From: Ostreococcus lucimarinus
Taxonomy: Eukaryota
Assembly (NCBI GenBank): GCA_000092065.1
Contig: CP000585.1
DNA length: 64,000 bases
Reading direction: 5' to 3' (one strand)
Shown here: piece after piece, positions 1 to 8,137 of the stretch
Layout of the letters: the number at the start of each line of letters is the position of its first letter
How positions within the stretch are numbered: the first letter of the stretch is position 1
Translations under genes and position numbers: made by a program
Notes under the pieces: model-generated
Seen by the model: only the letters and a program-made list of their open reading frames with translations
Databases searched by the model: none
What the model was told of the DNA's origin: nothing

Positions 1-634
1 GCACGCCCAGCAAGTTGACGTAATCGAGCTTCTTCATGTCGTCTCCAGTCATGACGAATTTGCTCAACACGTTGCGCGATTGAAACGTCAAGTTCGAGCC
101 CATGGCGGATAAGAACCCAGCCATGTTGAACGACACCTCAGTCGCGCTGGCGATCATGACCCCGGCGATGATGGGCACCAAAGACGCGCACATCGCCAGC
201 GACGGGATATTCCCGAGAAAAATGGCGCTCAAGCCGACGCTGAACACCGGCTCCAACGCCTTGACGGTGTGCGTGAAGCTCACCGCCACCTTCCCCAGCG
301 ACACATTCGTCAGCGCGTTCCCGAGCATGTGCACCATCCCCAGCGTCGCGATCGGTTTCAGCATCGACGTCTTCACGTCGGGCCTCGCCTTGGCCCCCAG
401 CCCCCAAGACGCGGCGACCAGCGCGCTCCCTATCGCCAGCTCCAAGAAGGTCGCCGTCAGCGGCATCGGCACCGCCTTCAGCAGCGCTTTTTGGTACACG
501 TTAAACGCGATAGAGAAGTAGTACCATCCCGCGAACAACGCCCCGAGCTCGACCGTCGGCCGCCACTTCGCCGCCGTCGTCTCGAGCGTCGCGCGCCAGC
601 CCGCGCGCGCGTCGACGACCGCGGCGTCGTCCAT
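1..634 (-). CDS. Plastidic phosphate/triose-phosphate translocator family transporter (TPT/PPT/GPT-like, DMT superfamily), N-terminal part; the 3' end of the gene lies before the window start
   Basis: Minus-strand translation reads MDDAAVVDARAGWRATLETTAAKWRPTVELGALFAGWYYFSIAFNVYQKALLKAVPMPLTATFLELAIGS...FTHTVKALEPVFSVGLSAIFLGN...NMAGFLSAMGSNLTFQSRNVLSKFVM. The GWYxxNIxFNIxNK, FTHTIKALEP and NxxFxxRN blocks are typical of plastid phosphate translocators. The ATG is at about 634 and the frame is open to position 1. Confidence 0.6.
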   Translation of the reverse strand, partial: MDDAAVVDARAGWRATLETTAAKWRPTVELGALFAGWYYFSIAFNVYQKALLKAVPMPLTATFLELAIGSALVAASWGLGAKARPDVKTSMLKPIATLGMVHMLGNALTNVSLGKVAVSFTHTVKALEPVFSVGLSAIFLGNIPSLAMCASLVPIIAGVMIASATEVSFNMAGFLSAMGSNLTFQSRNVLSKFVMTGDDMKKLDYVNLLGV

Positions 635-1346
635 CGAGCCGCCGACCGCGCGCGGCGTTCGCGCGCGCGCGCGCGGCGCATCGTCGCGCGCGTCCTCGCG
701 CGTCGCGCGCGGCGTCGAGGCTCTCGCGCGAGAGACGCGCGCGCGTCGAAGCGTCGTCGGTCGCGCGCGCGTCGTAACCGCCGGGCGCGGCGCTTTCGCG
801 GCGTCGCGCGGCGCGCGCGCGGCGCGGAGGGGCGCGAGGACGCGGTGGGAGACGATAGTGACGTGCATCGCGCGCGTGGCCCGAGCGCGGCGCGCGCGGC
901 GATGAGTGCGGCGTCGACGGGCGATCGCGGCGCGCGCGCGACGAGGGTGCCTCAAACGCCGGGACGCCGGGGCGCGGGGACCGAGCGTCGTTTGAACAAA
1001 CGTGCGTTAAACTTCTATCAGTGTTCTCTACTTGAACAGGAGACGCGCGGACGATGTCGGCGAAACGAGCGTTTCGCGTCGATGGCGTCGACGTCTCGTG
1101 TGCGCTAGTCCGTGTACTATGTTGCGCTACGGGGGCCCGCGCGTGCTTGCTAAGCGACGCGCGCCCGTGACTACTCGCTAGATCTATTGGCTAGATCTTT
1201 AAGATGGCGCGACGCGCGCGCGCGAGATCGAATACATCGTCGCTCTCGCGTCGTCGGACGGTGCCGACGAGGACGAAGAGGGACGATAGACGAACGCGTG
1301 CGCGCGGCGACGCGCCCAACGTTTTCCGAGGCGCCCTTCCGAGGGA

Positions 1347-1880
1347 TTACTTCGGAAAGTCGAGCTCCATGGGTCGCTCCCACTGGCTCACACCTGTTCT
1401 GCTGTTGTAATAGTACACGTACCCTTCGGGTGCGGTGTGCTCGGTCCAACCGTGGCTGGACGCATCGGCGGTGCCGCCCGGAGGCTTGGAACCGTCGCCG
1501 GCGTACCCGTATCCGGGCTTTTGTCCGCCCGCGGCGTCGCCGCCGAGGGTCCCCCAAGGGTTCGCCCCGTCGTACGCGCCCGGCGCACCGCCGGCTTGCG
1601 GTGCGCCGTATTGCTGTCCGCTGTACCCATACCCGGGTCCCGCGGCACCGCCCGGTCCCCCGCGAGGCTGGCCGTATCCGTACCCTTGCGAGCTCCTCGG
1701 CGGTCCGCGCTGCGGCGGCGGCGCCTGTCCTCGCGGCACCGCGCTCTTCACCTCCACGCGCTTACCGAGCATGTCGTGGTATCGGTTTTGAAGCACTTGC
1801 TTCGCGGAATCATCCCGTTGAAACGTGATGAACCCGAATCCTCGGCTTTGATGGTTGTGCGGGTCGCGCATCACCAGCAC
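1347..1880 (-). CDS. hnRNP-like RNA-binding protein, exon 3: second half of the RRM (RNP1 RGFGFITF), a Gly/Tyr-rich region and a C-terminal WW domain
   Basis: The exon reads VLVMRDPHNHQSRGFGFITFQRDDSAKQVLQNRYHDMLGKRVEVKSAVPRG, followed by a GYGYG low-complexity region and GWTEHTAPEGYVYYYNSRTGVSQWERP (WW domain). It is entered through a polypyrimidine tract plus CAG acceptor (ttttcccctcggaaaacag|GTGCTGGTG) with GACTGAC 27 nt upstream. Confidence 0.7.
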   Translation of the reverse strand: MLVMRDPHNHQSRGFGFITFQRDDSAKQVLQNRYHDMLGKRVEVKSAVPRGQAPPPQRGPPRSSQGYGYGQPRGGPGGAAGPGYGYSGQQYGAPQAGGAPGAYDGANPWGTLGGDAAGGQKPGYGYAGDGSKPPGGTADASSHGWTEHTAPEGYVYYYNSRTGVSQWERPMELDFPK

Positions 1881-2044
1881 CTGTTTTCCGAGGGGAAAAA
1901 TCGTCAGTCGATCGCGCAATCTTCGCCCGCGCGCGAACTGTTTCCGCACTGTTTGCGCATACGCCCACACGCGATCGCGAAAACCCTAGCGCCCCCCCGA
2001 CGCGTCGTCGATCGCGCGCCGCGCTCGCCTCTCGCGTCGCGCAC

Positions 2045-2088
2045 CTCCATCACCGGCCCGAACTGCGAGAAAAAGTTTCTCACCACGC
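2045..2088 (-). CDS. hnRNP-like RNA-binding protein, exon 2 (44 bp; encodes (G)VVRNFFSQFGPVME, the middle of the RRM)
   Basis: The acceptor is acgcag|GC and the donor is GAG|GTGCGC. GACTGAC lies 30 nt upstream of the acceptor. The phase joins exon 1 (a trailing G) to give GGC, and the exon ends in phase 0, matching exon 3. Confidence 0.6.
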
Positions 2089-2261
2089 CTGCGTCCGTTC
2101 GCGTCGTCGTCTCGTCAGTCCCCGCGCGCTCGATCACCGCGTCGAATCGCGCATCGCGAATCGTCCCGTCGCGCGCGATCGACCGATCGCGCGATCGATC
2201 GCGCGTCGCGTCGCGTCCGTCGTCGTCGCGCGCGCGCGCGTCCCGCGCGATCGCGTCGCAC

Positions 2262-2340
2262 CTTCATCGACGGTTCGATCGAGTCCACCGACGAAGATCT
2301 TGGAGCCCGCGCTGGCGTCGCCCGCGGCGGAGTCGCCCAT
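2262..2340 (-). CDS. hnRNP-like RNA-binding protein, exon 1 (start codon plus RNP2: MGDSAAGDASAGSKIFVGGLDRTVDE)
   Basis: The ATG is at 2340-2338 (verified as cat on the plus strand). KIFVGGL is the canonical RNP2. The donor is GAA G|GTGCGA. Confidence 0.65.
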
Positions 2341-2615
2341 GTCGCGCGCGCGTGTGCGGGCGCGCGCGCGCGCGGGGCGTCGCGCGCGCCCTCGCTGGCG
2401 TTGAGTCGCGAACCGTCGATGGGATCGGCGTCGCGCGCGATGAGTCACGAACGGTCGATGGGATCGGTCGCGCGGTCGCGGTCGCGCGCGACGCGAGAGC
2501 GCGACGCGCGGGCCGACGCGCGGCGACGGCGCGGCGACGCGCGCGCGGGGCGACGCGCGGCGACGCGAGGCGCGAGACGCGGTCGGATTCGTCGACGACG
2601 CGAGAGACCGCGAGC

Positions 2616-2660
2616 GATTCGATTCGAAACGAAACGAAACGAAACGAAACGAAACGATTC
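2616..2660. repeat. Microsatellite (GATTC)2(GAAAC)6GATTC in the divergent promoter between the hnRNP-like gene and the kinase gene
   Basis: Six perfect GAAAC units at about 2626-2655 are flanked by GATTC units. The repeat lies about 30 bp upstream of the kinase ATG. Confidence 0.9.
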
Positions 2661-2683
2661 GAGCGCGCGACGCGACGCGCGCG

Positions 2684-4528
2684 ATGGCGACGCGAGGGAT
2701 GGCGGCGGCGTCGACGACGCGGGTCCTACCGGACGGGCGGCGCGCGCGAGGACGCCGGACGAGGCGGCGCGGACGCGCGGCGCGCGCGGCGGCGGAGGTG
2801 GTGGACGTCGACGAGCGAGGCTTGGCGCGGGCGCTGGAGCGACAAGGGCTGCGCTTGGGCGAACGCGTCGATCAGGGGTCGTTTGCGGTGGTTTATAAGG
2901 CGACGAGCGCGGGGATGCGTGGGGGGGATGAGACGTCTTGGCAGGGGGCGGAGGGGACGCTGCACGCGGTGAAGATTTTGAGCGCGACGGCGTCGACGGT
3001 GAGTTCTCGGCGCGATTTTAAGCGAGAGGCGACTCTGCTGACGCGAGTGAATCACCCGGGGATCGTCAAGGTGCAACACTACGACGAGACGCCTCAACCG
3101 TACATGGTGACAGAGTTTTGCACGAGTGGGAATTTGTGGAACGCGCTTCGCGCCGAGGAAATCAAGGCGACGCGGTTCGCCGGCGCGAGCGGTTCGCCGG
3201 CGCCCGTGCCCGAAGAAATGCCTTTGCTCGACTTTCCCACGCTCATGAAAGATGTGGCGGATGCGCTGACGTATTTACACACCGCCGGGTTCGCCCACCG
3301 CGACATCAAGACGGCAAACATTTTGCTCACCTGGTCGTCGGAGCTGAACCGCTTGCAAGCCAAGCTGTGCGATTTCGGGAGCGCGGCGCCCGTGTCTAAA
3401 ATGCCTCGTCGCCCGAAGCGCGGGGCCGTGGAGAAGGCGTTAGGTTTAGGTAAAGGTTGGCAACCGGTCGGTACGATGCTTTGGATGGCGCCCGAGATGC
3501 TTCGGCCTCCCATCGTCGGCGAAGAGTTGGAGGGATTCGGCGGCGACAAATCAGACATCTACGCGCTCGGCGTCGTCTTGTGGGAATGCTTGGAGTGGCG
3601 CGTACCTTGGATGGGCGACGGCACGCCCACGCGCGCGAGAGTTATAGAGGAAGTCGTCGACAACGGTTCGCGACTACGTGCGGGCGATAGGTCGAGCCAG
3701 GCTGTGACGTCTCTTTTGGACGGCATGTTCAAGACGGTGCCCGCGCAGCGACCGTCTGCGTCGCAAGTCTCCAACTCGCTCTCCGCGATACAAAAGCGTT
3801 GGGACGGAGCCGGTATGTTCGACTACGTGAGTCAAATGGCGATCACGCGAGCTACCGAGGTAGCGAGCTTGCTTGAAAGCACGTCGATCGATAAAGACAC
3901 GCAAAGCGTCATTGAAAAGGAAGCGCGCGCCGTCGCTGGTGGCGGGGGTGAAGACGAGGATGCGGTCGAGGAATCCGCGACGGAGTCTGGGCAAACGATC
4001 GAAGCATCAGATTTGTCCGAAGCTGTGCAGTCGTTCAGGCCGACCGCGAGCGCTGAAGAGCGAGGTGAAGACGAACTCGACGGGACGACGGCGAAACAAC
4101 TCACACGCACCGAGGAGACGAGAATTAGACTCACAGACATCGATCCGGAGACGTGGTTAGGCGAGCCGGGCACGCTCGATTCTGACTTACTGTGCGAAAA
4201 TTTGCTCAACATGATTTTCCCGCACATCCTTGACGCACAATTCACTCCTGAAATGGCGGACGAGATGGCGAAGGGAATCGAAGAGTTACAATCGCTCACT
4301 CAAAAATTCAACGAGTTGAAGCGCAGATCACGCACGGATCCTTTCGCCGCGCTAGCCACAGATTCGAAAGGCCGTGAAGTCAAGAGAATGACGAGCAAAA
4401 TAGAAAGAATCGAAGTTGAAGCGCAAGTTGCGGCGTGGGATAAGACGCGCACAGTCTTGCGCGAGCAACAAAAGAGAGCAGACGAAGAGTATAGTTCGTG
4501 GAGGCGGGCGCTTCGCAAACTCGGGTGA
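2684..4528 (+). CDS. Ser/Thr protein kinase, TKL-like (Raf/MAP3K-like catalytic domain) with a long acidic coiled-coil C-terminal region
   Basis: The ATG is at 2684. The kinase domain contains VVYKA (subdomain II), HRDIKTANILL (catalytic loop), DFG, GTMLWMAPE (activation segment/APE) and DIYALGVVLWE. Confidence 0.8.
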   Translation: MATRGMAAASTTRVLPDGRRARGRRTRRRGRAARAAAEVVDVDERGLARALERQGLRLGERVDQGSFAVVYKATSAGMRGGDETSWQGAEGTLHAVKILSATASTVSSRRDFKREATLLTRVNHPGIVKVQHYDETPQPYMVTEFCTSGNLWNALRAEEIKATRFAGASGSPAPVPEEMPLLDFPTLMKDVADALTYLHTAGFAHRDIKTANILLTWSSELNRLQAKLCDFGSAAPVSKMPRRPKRGAVEKALGLGKGWQPVGTMLWMAPEMLRPPIVGEELEGFGGDKSDIYALGVVLWECLEWRVPWMGDGTPTRARVIEEVVDNGSRLRAGDRSSQAVTSLLDGMFKTVPAQRPSASQVSNSLSAIQKRWDGAGMFDYVSQMAITRATEVASLLESTSIDKDTQSVIEKEARAVAGGGGEDEDAVEESATESGQTIEASDLSEAVQSFRPTASAEERGEDELDGTTAKQLTRTEETRIRLTDIDPETWLGEPGTLDSDLLCENLLNMIFPHILDAQFTPEMADEMAKGIEELQSLTQKFNELKRRSRTDPFAALATDSKGREVKRMTSKIERIEVEAQVAAWDKTRTVLREQQKRADEEYSSWRRALRKLG

Positions 4529-4554
4529 GCGACACCGCGGCTTAGTGCACTTTG

Positions 4555-4725
4555 GCTTTGAAGTAGCGACGTGCCGTATTTCCTATTAATAGTAGATGGT
4601 GAATATAGCAGCGCTGGCGCTCGTCTTTTAAATTTTTTTTTATTTCGCCGATGGTGTATAAGGCGACGAGCGCGCGACGCGACGCGCGCGATGGCGACGC
4701 GAGGGTATAAGGCGTCGCTACTTCA
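4555..4725. repeat. Inverted-repeat-flanked mosaic segment: 13-nt perfect inverted repeat arms, an AT-rich core, and two fragments copied from the upstream kinase gene
   Basis: The arms are tgaagtagcgacg (about 4558-4570) and cgtcgctacttca (about 4713-4725). The inner sequence has an exact 39-nt copy of kinase 2662-2700 (gagcgcgcgacgcgacgcgcgcgATGgcgacgcgaggg). Immediately upstream of it is a near-copy of kinase 2890-2913 (ggtgtataaggcgacgagcgcg). tataaggcg occurs twice. Confidence 0.7.
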
Positions 4726-6712
4726 GCGAGGTGTGCCCCAACGTGTGGCAGCTTGTTTTGTTCCCGTCTGTGTCGAAGACTAAGGGTAAATACTCCTCGT
4801 TTTCGCACGGGAATCTACTGTTTTTGAAGTGCTCGACCATCGCGTCTTTCCCCTGCACGCGCGCATACGTGACTTCGCAAACTTTTCGCGAATTGAACTC
4901 CTCCCATTTTTGCTTATGGAATTCCTTGTAAAACGCCGCTGTTTGCTTTGCACACTTGAAGTTGACAAAAGCGTAGCCCAAATTGCACTTGTTCTTGAAG
5001 TCGATTGGAAGGTAAAAGAAGTCATATTGTCCCGCGTACGAGCGATTGAGTAGGTCCAACATCATCGCTTGATTGTACTTGTTAGGGATGTTACGAATCA
5101 TGAGCGTCGTCCGGCCGTGTACCTCGGGATGTTCAGACGTGCCCTCATCGTTCGCTTCTTCCATACTAAAGATGAATTCCTCCGGATTCGATCTCGCCCC
5201 TCCATCTATTGCACTATTACCGCTCGACCTTGATCGAGCCATGCTTTCGCTGGTACGCGGCGAACGCATGTATTCCCCGCTCGTCCGCGGCGAGCGACGA
5301 CTGGCGCCATAGCCCCCGACACCTTGCATCATTGCGTAGCCGTACTGCTGTTGCTCCGTAGGCCACCCTTGGTAGCCAAATCCTTGCATCGCGCCCATCG
5401 GCATCCCCGGTCCCATCGAATTTGCGTACGGCCAGTACATATTCGACATCATTTGTGCGCCCATGTACTGCGAGAGCGTCGGCGGCGACTGCGGGGAGAA
5501 GGACTGCGTCTGCATTTGTTGCGGATGTCCACACTGAAAGTCGACGTGAAGTGGTGCGCCTCGGAAACCGACTCGCTGGAGCTCCATAACCGCTGTCTCG
5601 GCGTGTCGAACGTCGAAATACTCCACAAATCGATGATTCTCATGTCCCTTTGGCACCGTCAACCGCTTCAAGTCGCCAAACGTTTCAAGAGTGCTTCGAA
5701 GCTCGGCTTCGCGCTCAACGTCATCACCCGAACCGACATCGTACGCTAAGAAACGCCCTTGGTTTTCCATGCCCGGGATCCATTCGCACGTCGCCGAGTA
5801 CGCCACCATGTGAAACACGTGCGTGGACATTTGCAACGTACGCTTGGCGCTCTCTGCGCATCGCACGTCGTAATATGCGATAAACACTGCGTTCAACGAG
5901 CGTCGCATCTCGGTCGACAGCGCGCGAATTTCTCCGAACGGCGACAAAATTTGCCACAGCACTTGATCACTCATCGTGGGATCGGCCAACACGAGATAGA
6001 GCGTGCGAGACGGGTCGTCATTCGTCCAGACCGCCGGCATCGTCATCGACGTCTCCCGCTGGATCGGCATCGACGCCGCCGATTGTTGCTGCATGCTCAT
6101 CAAGTATTGTTGTTGTTGCTGTGCCGTTGACTCCATCAAGCTCGTCGGCAACGGTGGTGGCGCCATCATCGGCGGCGGCGGCATCGGAGGCACGGGCGGC
6201 GCACCTCCTCGCCACGCGCCCGCGCGCGCGTCCGCATTCGCCGCTTTCTCGCTCGCATCCGCGACCCTCTGCTTACCGTACGCAACACTTTCACTTTCAC
6301 ATCCATCGTCCCCGACGCTCGACGACGACATCCGTTTCGCCAGCTCTCCCTCCTTCGCCGTCGACGCGTCCGGTCTCGCCTCGCGCGCCTCGCGCGCCCC
6401 TCCCGCGCCGCGCGCCTCGCTCACCGCGTCCAACACCTCCATCGTCGACGTCCCCGACACCCGCACCGCGCGTTCAAGACTTTCCCCGAGTCCATCCATC
6501 CCCTGCGAATCGCTCCCACGCGATCGCATCGCGCCTTCAGCCCCAACATCCGCCGTCGAGCGCCCGTCGGCCCCGCGTCGCGCATCCGCGTCGTCGTCAG
6601 CGATTCCCGCCTTCCCGTCGCGCGCGAACGCACTTTCCCCGCCCGCACCGCGCCGATCGCTCGCACAATATTCATTCTCACCCCCGTTCGCATCTTCGCG
6701 CGTCCGCGGCAT
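4718..6712 (-). CDS. Mei2-like RNA-binding protein (three RRMs including the diagnostic C-terminal Mei2 RRM3)
   Basis: [10 protein letters not shown]...[15 protein letters not shown] (RRM1), [16 protein letters not shown] (RRM2) and [21 protein letters not shown]...[23 protein letters not shown]...[11 protein letters not shown] (RRM3) match the Mei2 family. The N-terminal ~230 aa are low-complexity, so the exact start is uncertain. Confidence 0.8.
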   Translation of the reverse strand: MPRTREDANGGENEYCASDRRGAGGESAFARDGKAGIADDDADARRGADGRSTADVGAEGAMRSRGSDSQGMDGLGESLERAVRVSGTSTMEVLDAVSEARGAGGAREAREARPDASTAKEGELAKRMSSSSVGDDGCESESVAYGKQRVADASEKAANADARAGAWRGGAPPVPPMPPPPMMAPPPLPTSLMESTAQQQQQYLMSMQQQSAASMPIQRETSMTMPAVWTNDDPSRTLYLVLADPTMSDQVLWQILSPFGEIRALSTEMRRSLNAVFIAYYDVRCAESAKRTLQMSTHVFHMVAYSATCEWIPGMENQGRFLAYDVGSGDDVEREAELRSTLETFGDLKRLTVPKGHENHRFVEYFDVRHAETAVMELQRVGFRGAPLHVDFQCGHPQQMQTQSFSPQSPPTLSQYMGAQMMSNMYWPYANSMGPGMPMGAMQGFGYQGWPTEQQQYGYAMMQGVGGYGASRRSPRTSGEYMRSPRTSESMARSRSSGNSAIDGGARSNPEEFIFSMEEANDEGTSEHPEVHGRTTLMIRNIPNKYNQAMMLDLLNRSYAGQYDFFYLPIDFKNKCNLGYAFVNFKCAKQTAAFYKEFHKQKWEEFNSRKVCEVTYARVQGKDAMVEHFKNSRFPCENEEYLPLVFDTDGNKTSCHTLGHTSLK

Positions 6713-7224
6713 GTCTCAACGCCGCGCGCGCGCGCGATTCACCTCGACGGCGCGTCTCGATTGCGCGATGTCGCGCGATCGCGTGCGCGTTCCCGCGCGC
6801 GCGCGCTCGCCTCGCCCCCCGCGTGCGCGTCGATCGCGCGCGCGTTCGATCGCGACTTTGCGCCCGCGTTCGTTCGTTCGTTCGCTCGCGCGCGCGTTCG
6901 TTCGCTCGCTCGCGCGCGCGCGTTCGCGTGCGCGTCGCGCGATGCCGTGCCGACGTGGCGCCGAAATATCTGCGCGACTTTTTGTGCGCGCGCGGTCGGT
7001 CGTCGTGTGCGCAAACAGTCTGGCGCGTCGAGACTTTTTAAAACTTTTTGCGATCGCGCGCGACGCGCGATCGAGCGGTCGATCGGTCGATCGATCGCGA
7101 TCGCGCGCGCGACCGCGCGCGCGTCGATCGCGCGCGCGCGTCCAACCTCGCGCGGTGGGTCGACCGACGCGCGCGCGTCGATCGCGACCGCGACGACGAC
7201 GGCGCGCGATCTCGCGCGCGGGCG

Positions 7225-7378
7225 CACACGACGACGACGACGACGACGACGCGCGCGAACGAGCGAGCGAGCGACGCGCGAAGACGAAGGCGACGATGGC
7301 GAAGATCGAGGAGATGACGGACGCGGACGCGGCGCGCGAGGCGAAGACGCCGAACGCGAAGGCGACGGAGGGGACGAA

Positions 7379-7416
<38 letters not shown>

Positions 7417-7423
7417 CGACGGG
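7225..7423. repeat. Cluster of simple repeats: (CGA)n / (GACGAC)n trinucleotide tracts and a (GTTC)n tract upstream of the PHO88-like gene
   Basis: cgacgacgacgacgacgacgacg is at 7231-7255 and gacgacgacgacgacgacgacgacgacggcgacgg is at 7389-7423 (encoding poly-Thr). gttcgttcgttcgttcgctcg is at about 6882-6905, in the Mei2/PHO88 divergent intergenic region. Confidence 0.8.
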
Positions 7424-8072
7424 GGGGAAGCGGGACTCGACGACGGCGCCGAAGCCGACGCCGCCGACGATCTCGCCGAAGATGTTCATCTCGCCGATTT
7501 TGTTGATGGGGGGGAAGCGCATGGGGATCGATTATAAGGATCCGGCGCACGTGGCGAAGATTCGAATGTGCTTCGTGGTGGCGATGACGATGTTGGCGCT
7601 GTGCTTTGCGCATTTGTGGGTGACCATGAAGAAGAGGAAGAAGAAACTGGAGGAAGATACGTGCGAGGTGAAGGTTAAGGATGTGCAGAGTGGGGAGACG
7701 AAGACGGAGAAGGTGACGCTGTACGAACACGACGTGCGAGAGTTTCGCAAGGTGTTGATGAGCAACATCATGGGCGGTTGCATGGTGAGCATGTTGCACT
7801 TTGCGTTCAAGGTCGTGCCGCCGTTGTTGTTGCAGTCGATCATGATGCCGTTGAACTTGTGGGATGGAAATCTGTGGCAGGTGCACGTGCTCTCTCGCGG
7901 GGAAAAAGACAACGCCAAGTTGAGACGTCCGTGGGAAGAACCCGAGCAAAAGAGTCCGTTCGCGGCGTTCGCCGAGGCGATGTCGCCGGAAACAAAGGCG
8001 AATCCGAAAGCGATCGATGCATCGCAAAAGAAAGCGAAAGATGCGAAGAAGAATCCGAAGCACAAGAGATAA
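7296..8072 (+). CDS. PHO88/SND3-family ER membrane protein with an acidic, poly-Thr N-terminal extension
   Basis: The ATG is at about 7296 (MAKIEEMTD...). FISPILLMGGKRMGIDYKDPAHVAKIRMCFVVAMTML...VTLYEHDVREFRKVLMSNIMGGCMVSMLHFAFKVVPPLLLQSIMMPLNLW...LRRPWE aligns in order with yeast Pho88 (from memory). The upstream part of ORF 6003-8072 is a low-complexity artefact overlapping Mei2 antisense. Confidence 0.6.
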
Positions 8073-8137
8073 CAAGCACGAAATGGTTGACGAGTTGATG
8101 ATGTAACTAGTGTGTGGAGCTGTGTGTAGTGTCAAAT

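Noticed and set aside
1437-2972. 511-aa Arg/Ala-rich ORF on the plus strand, together with overlapping ORFs 1187-1828 and 1435-1791
   Set aside because: It has low-complexity RRRARA-type composition. It is antisense to, or out of frame with, the well-supported 3-exon hnRNP-like gene. It is stop-free only because of GC richness.
6003-7295. 5' 430 codons of ORF 6003-8072, and ORFs 6121-7041, 6716-7522 and 6761-7537
   Set aside because: They overlap Mei2 antisense and the simple-repeat-rich intergenic region (poly-Thr/Arg/Ala translations). Only the PHO88-like part from 7296 is protein-like.
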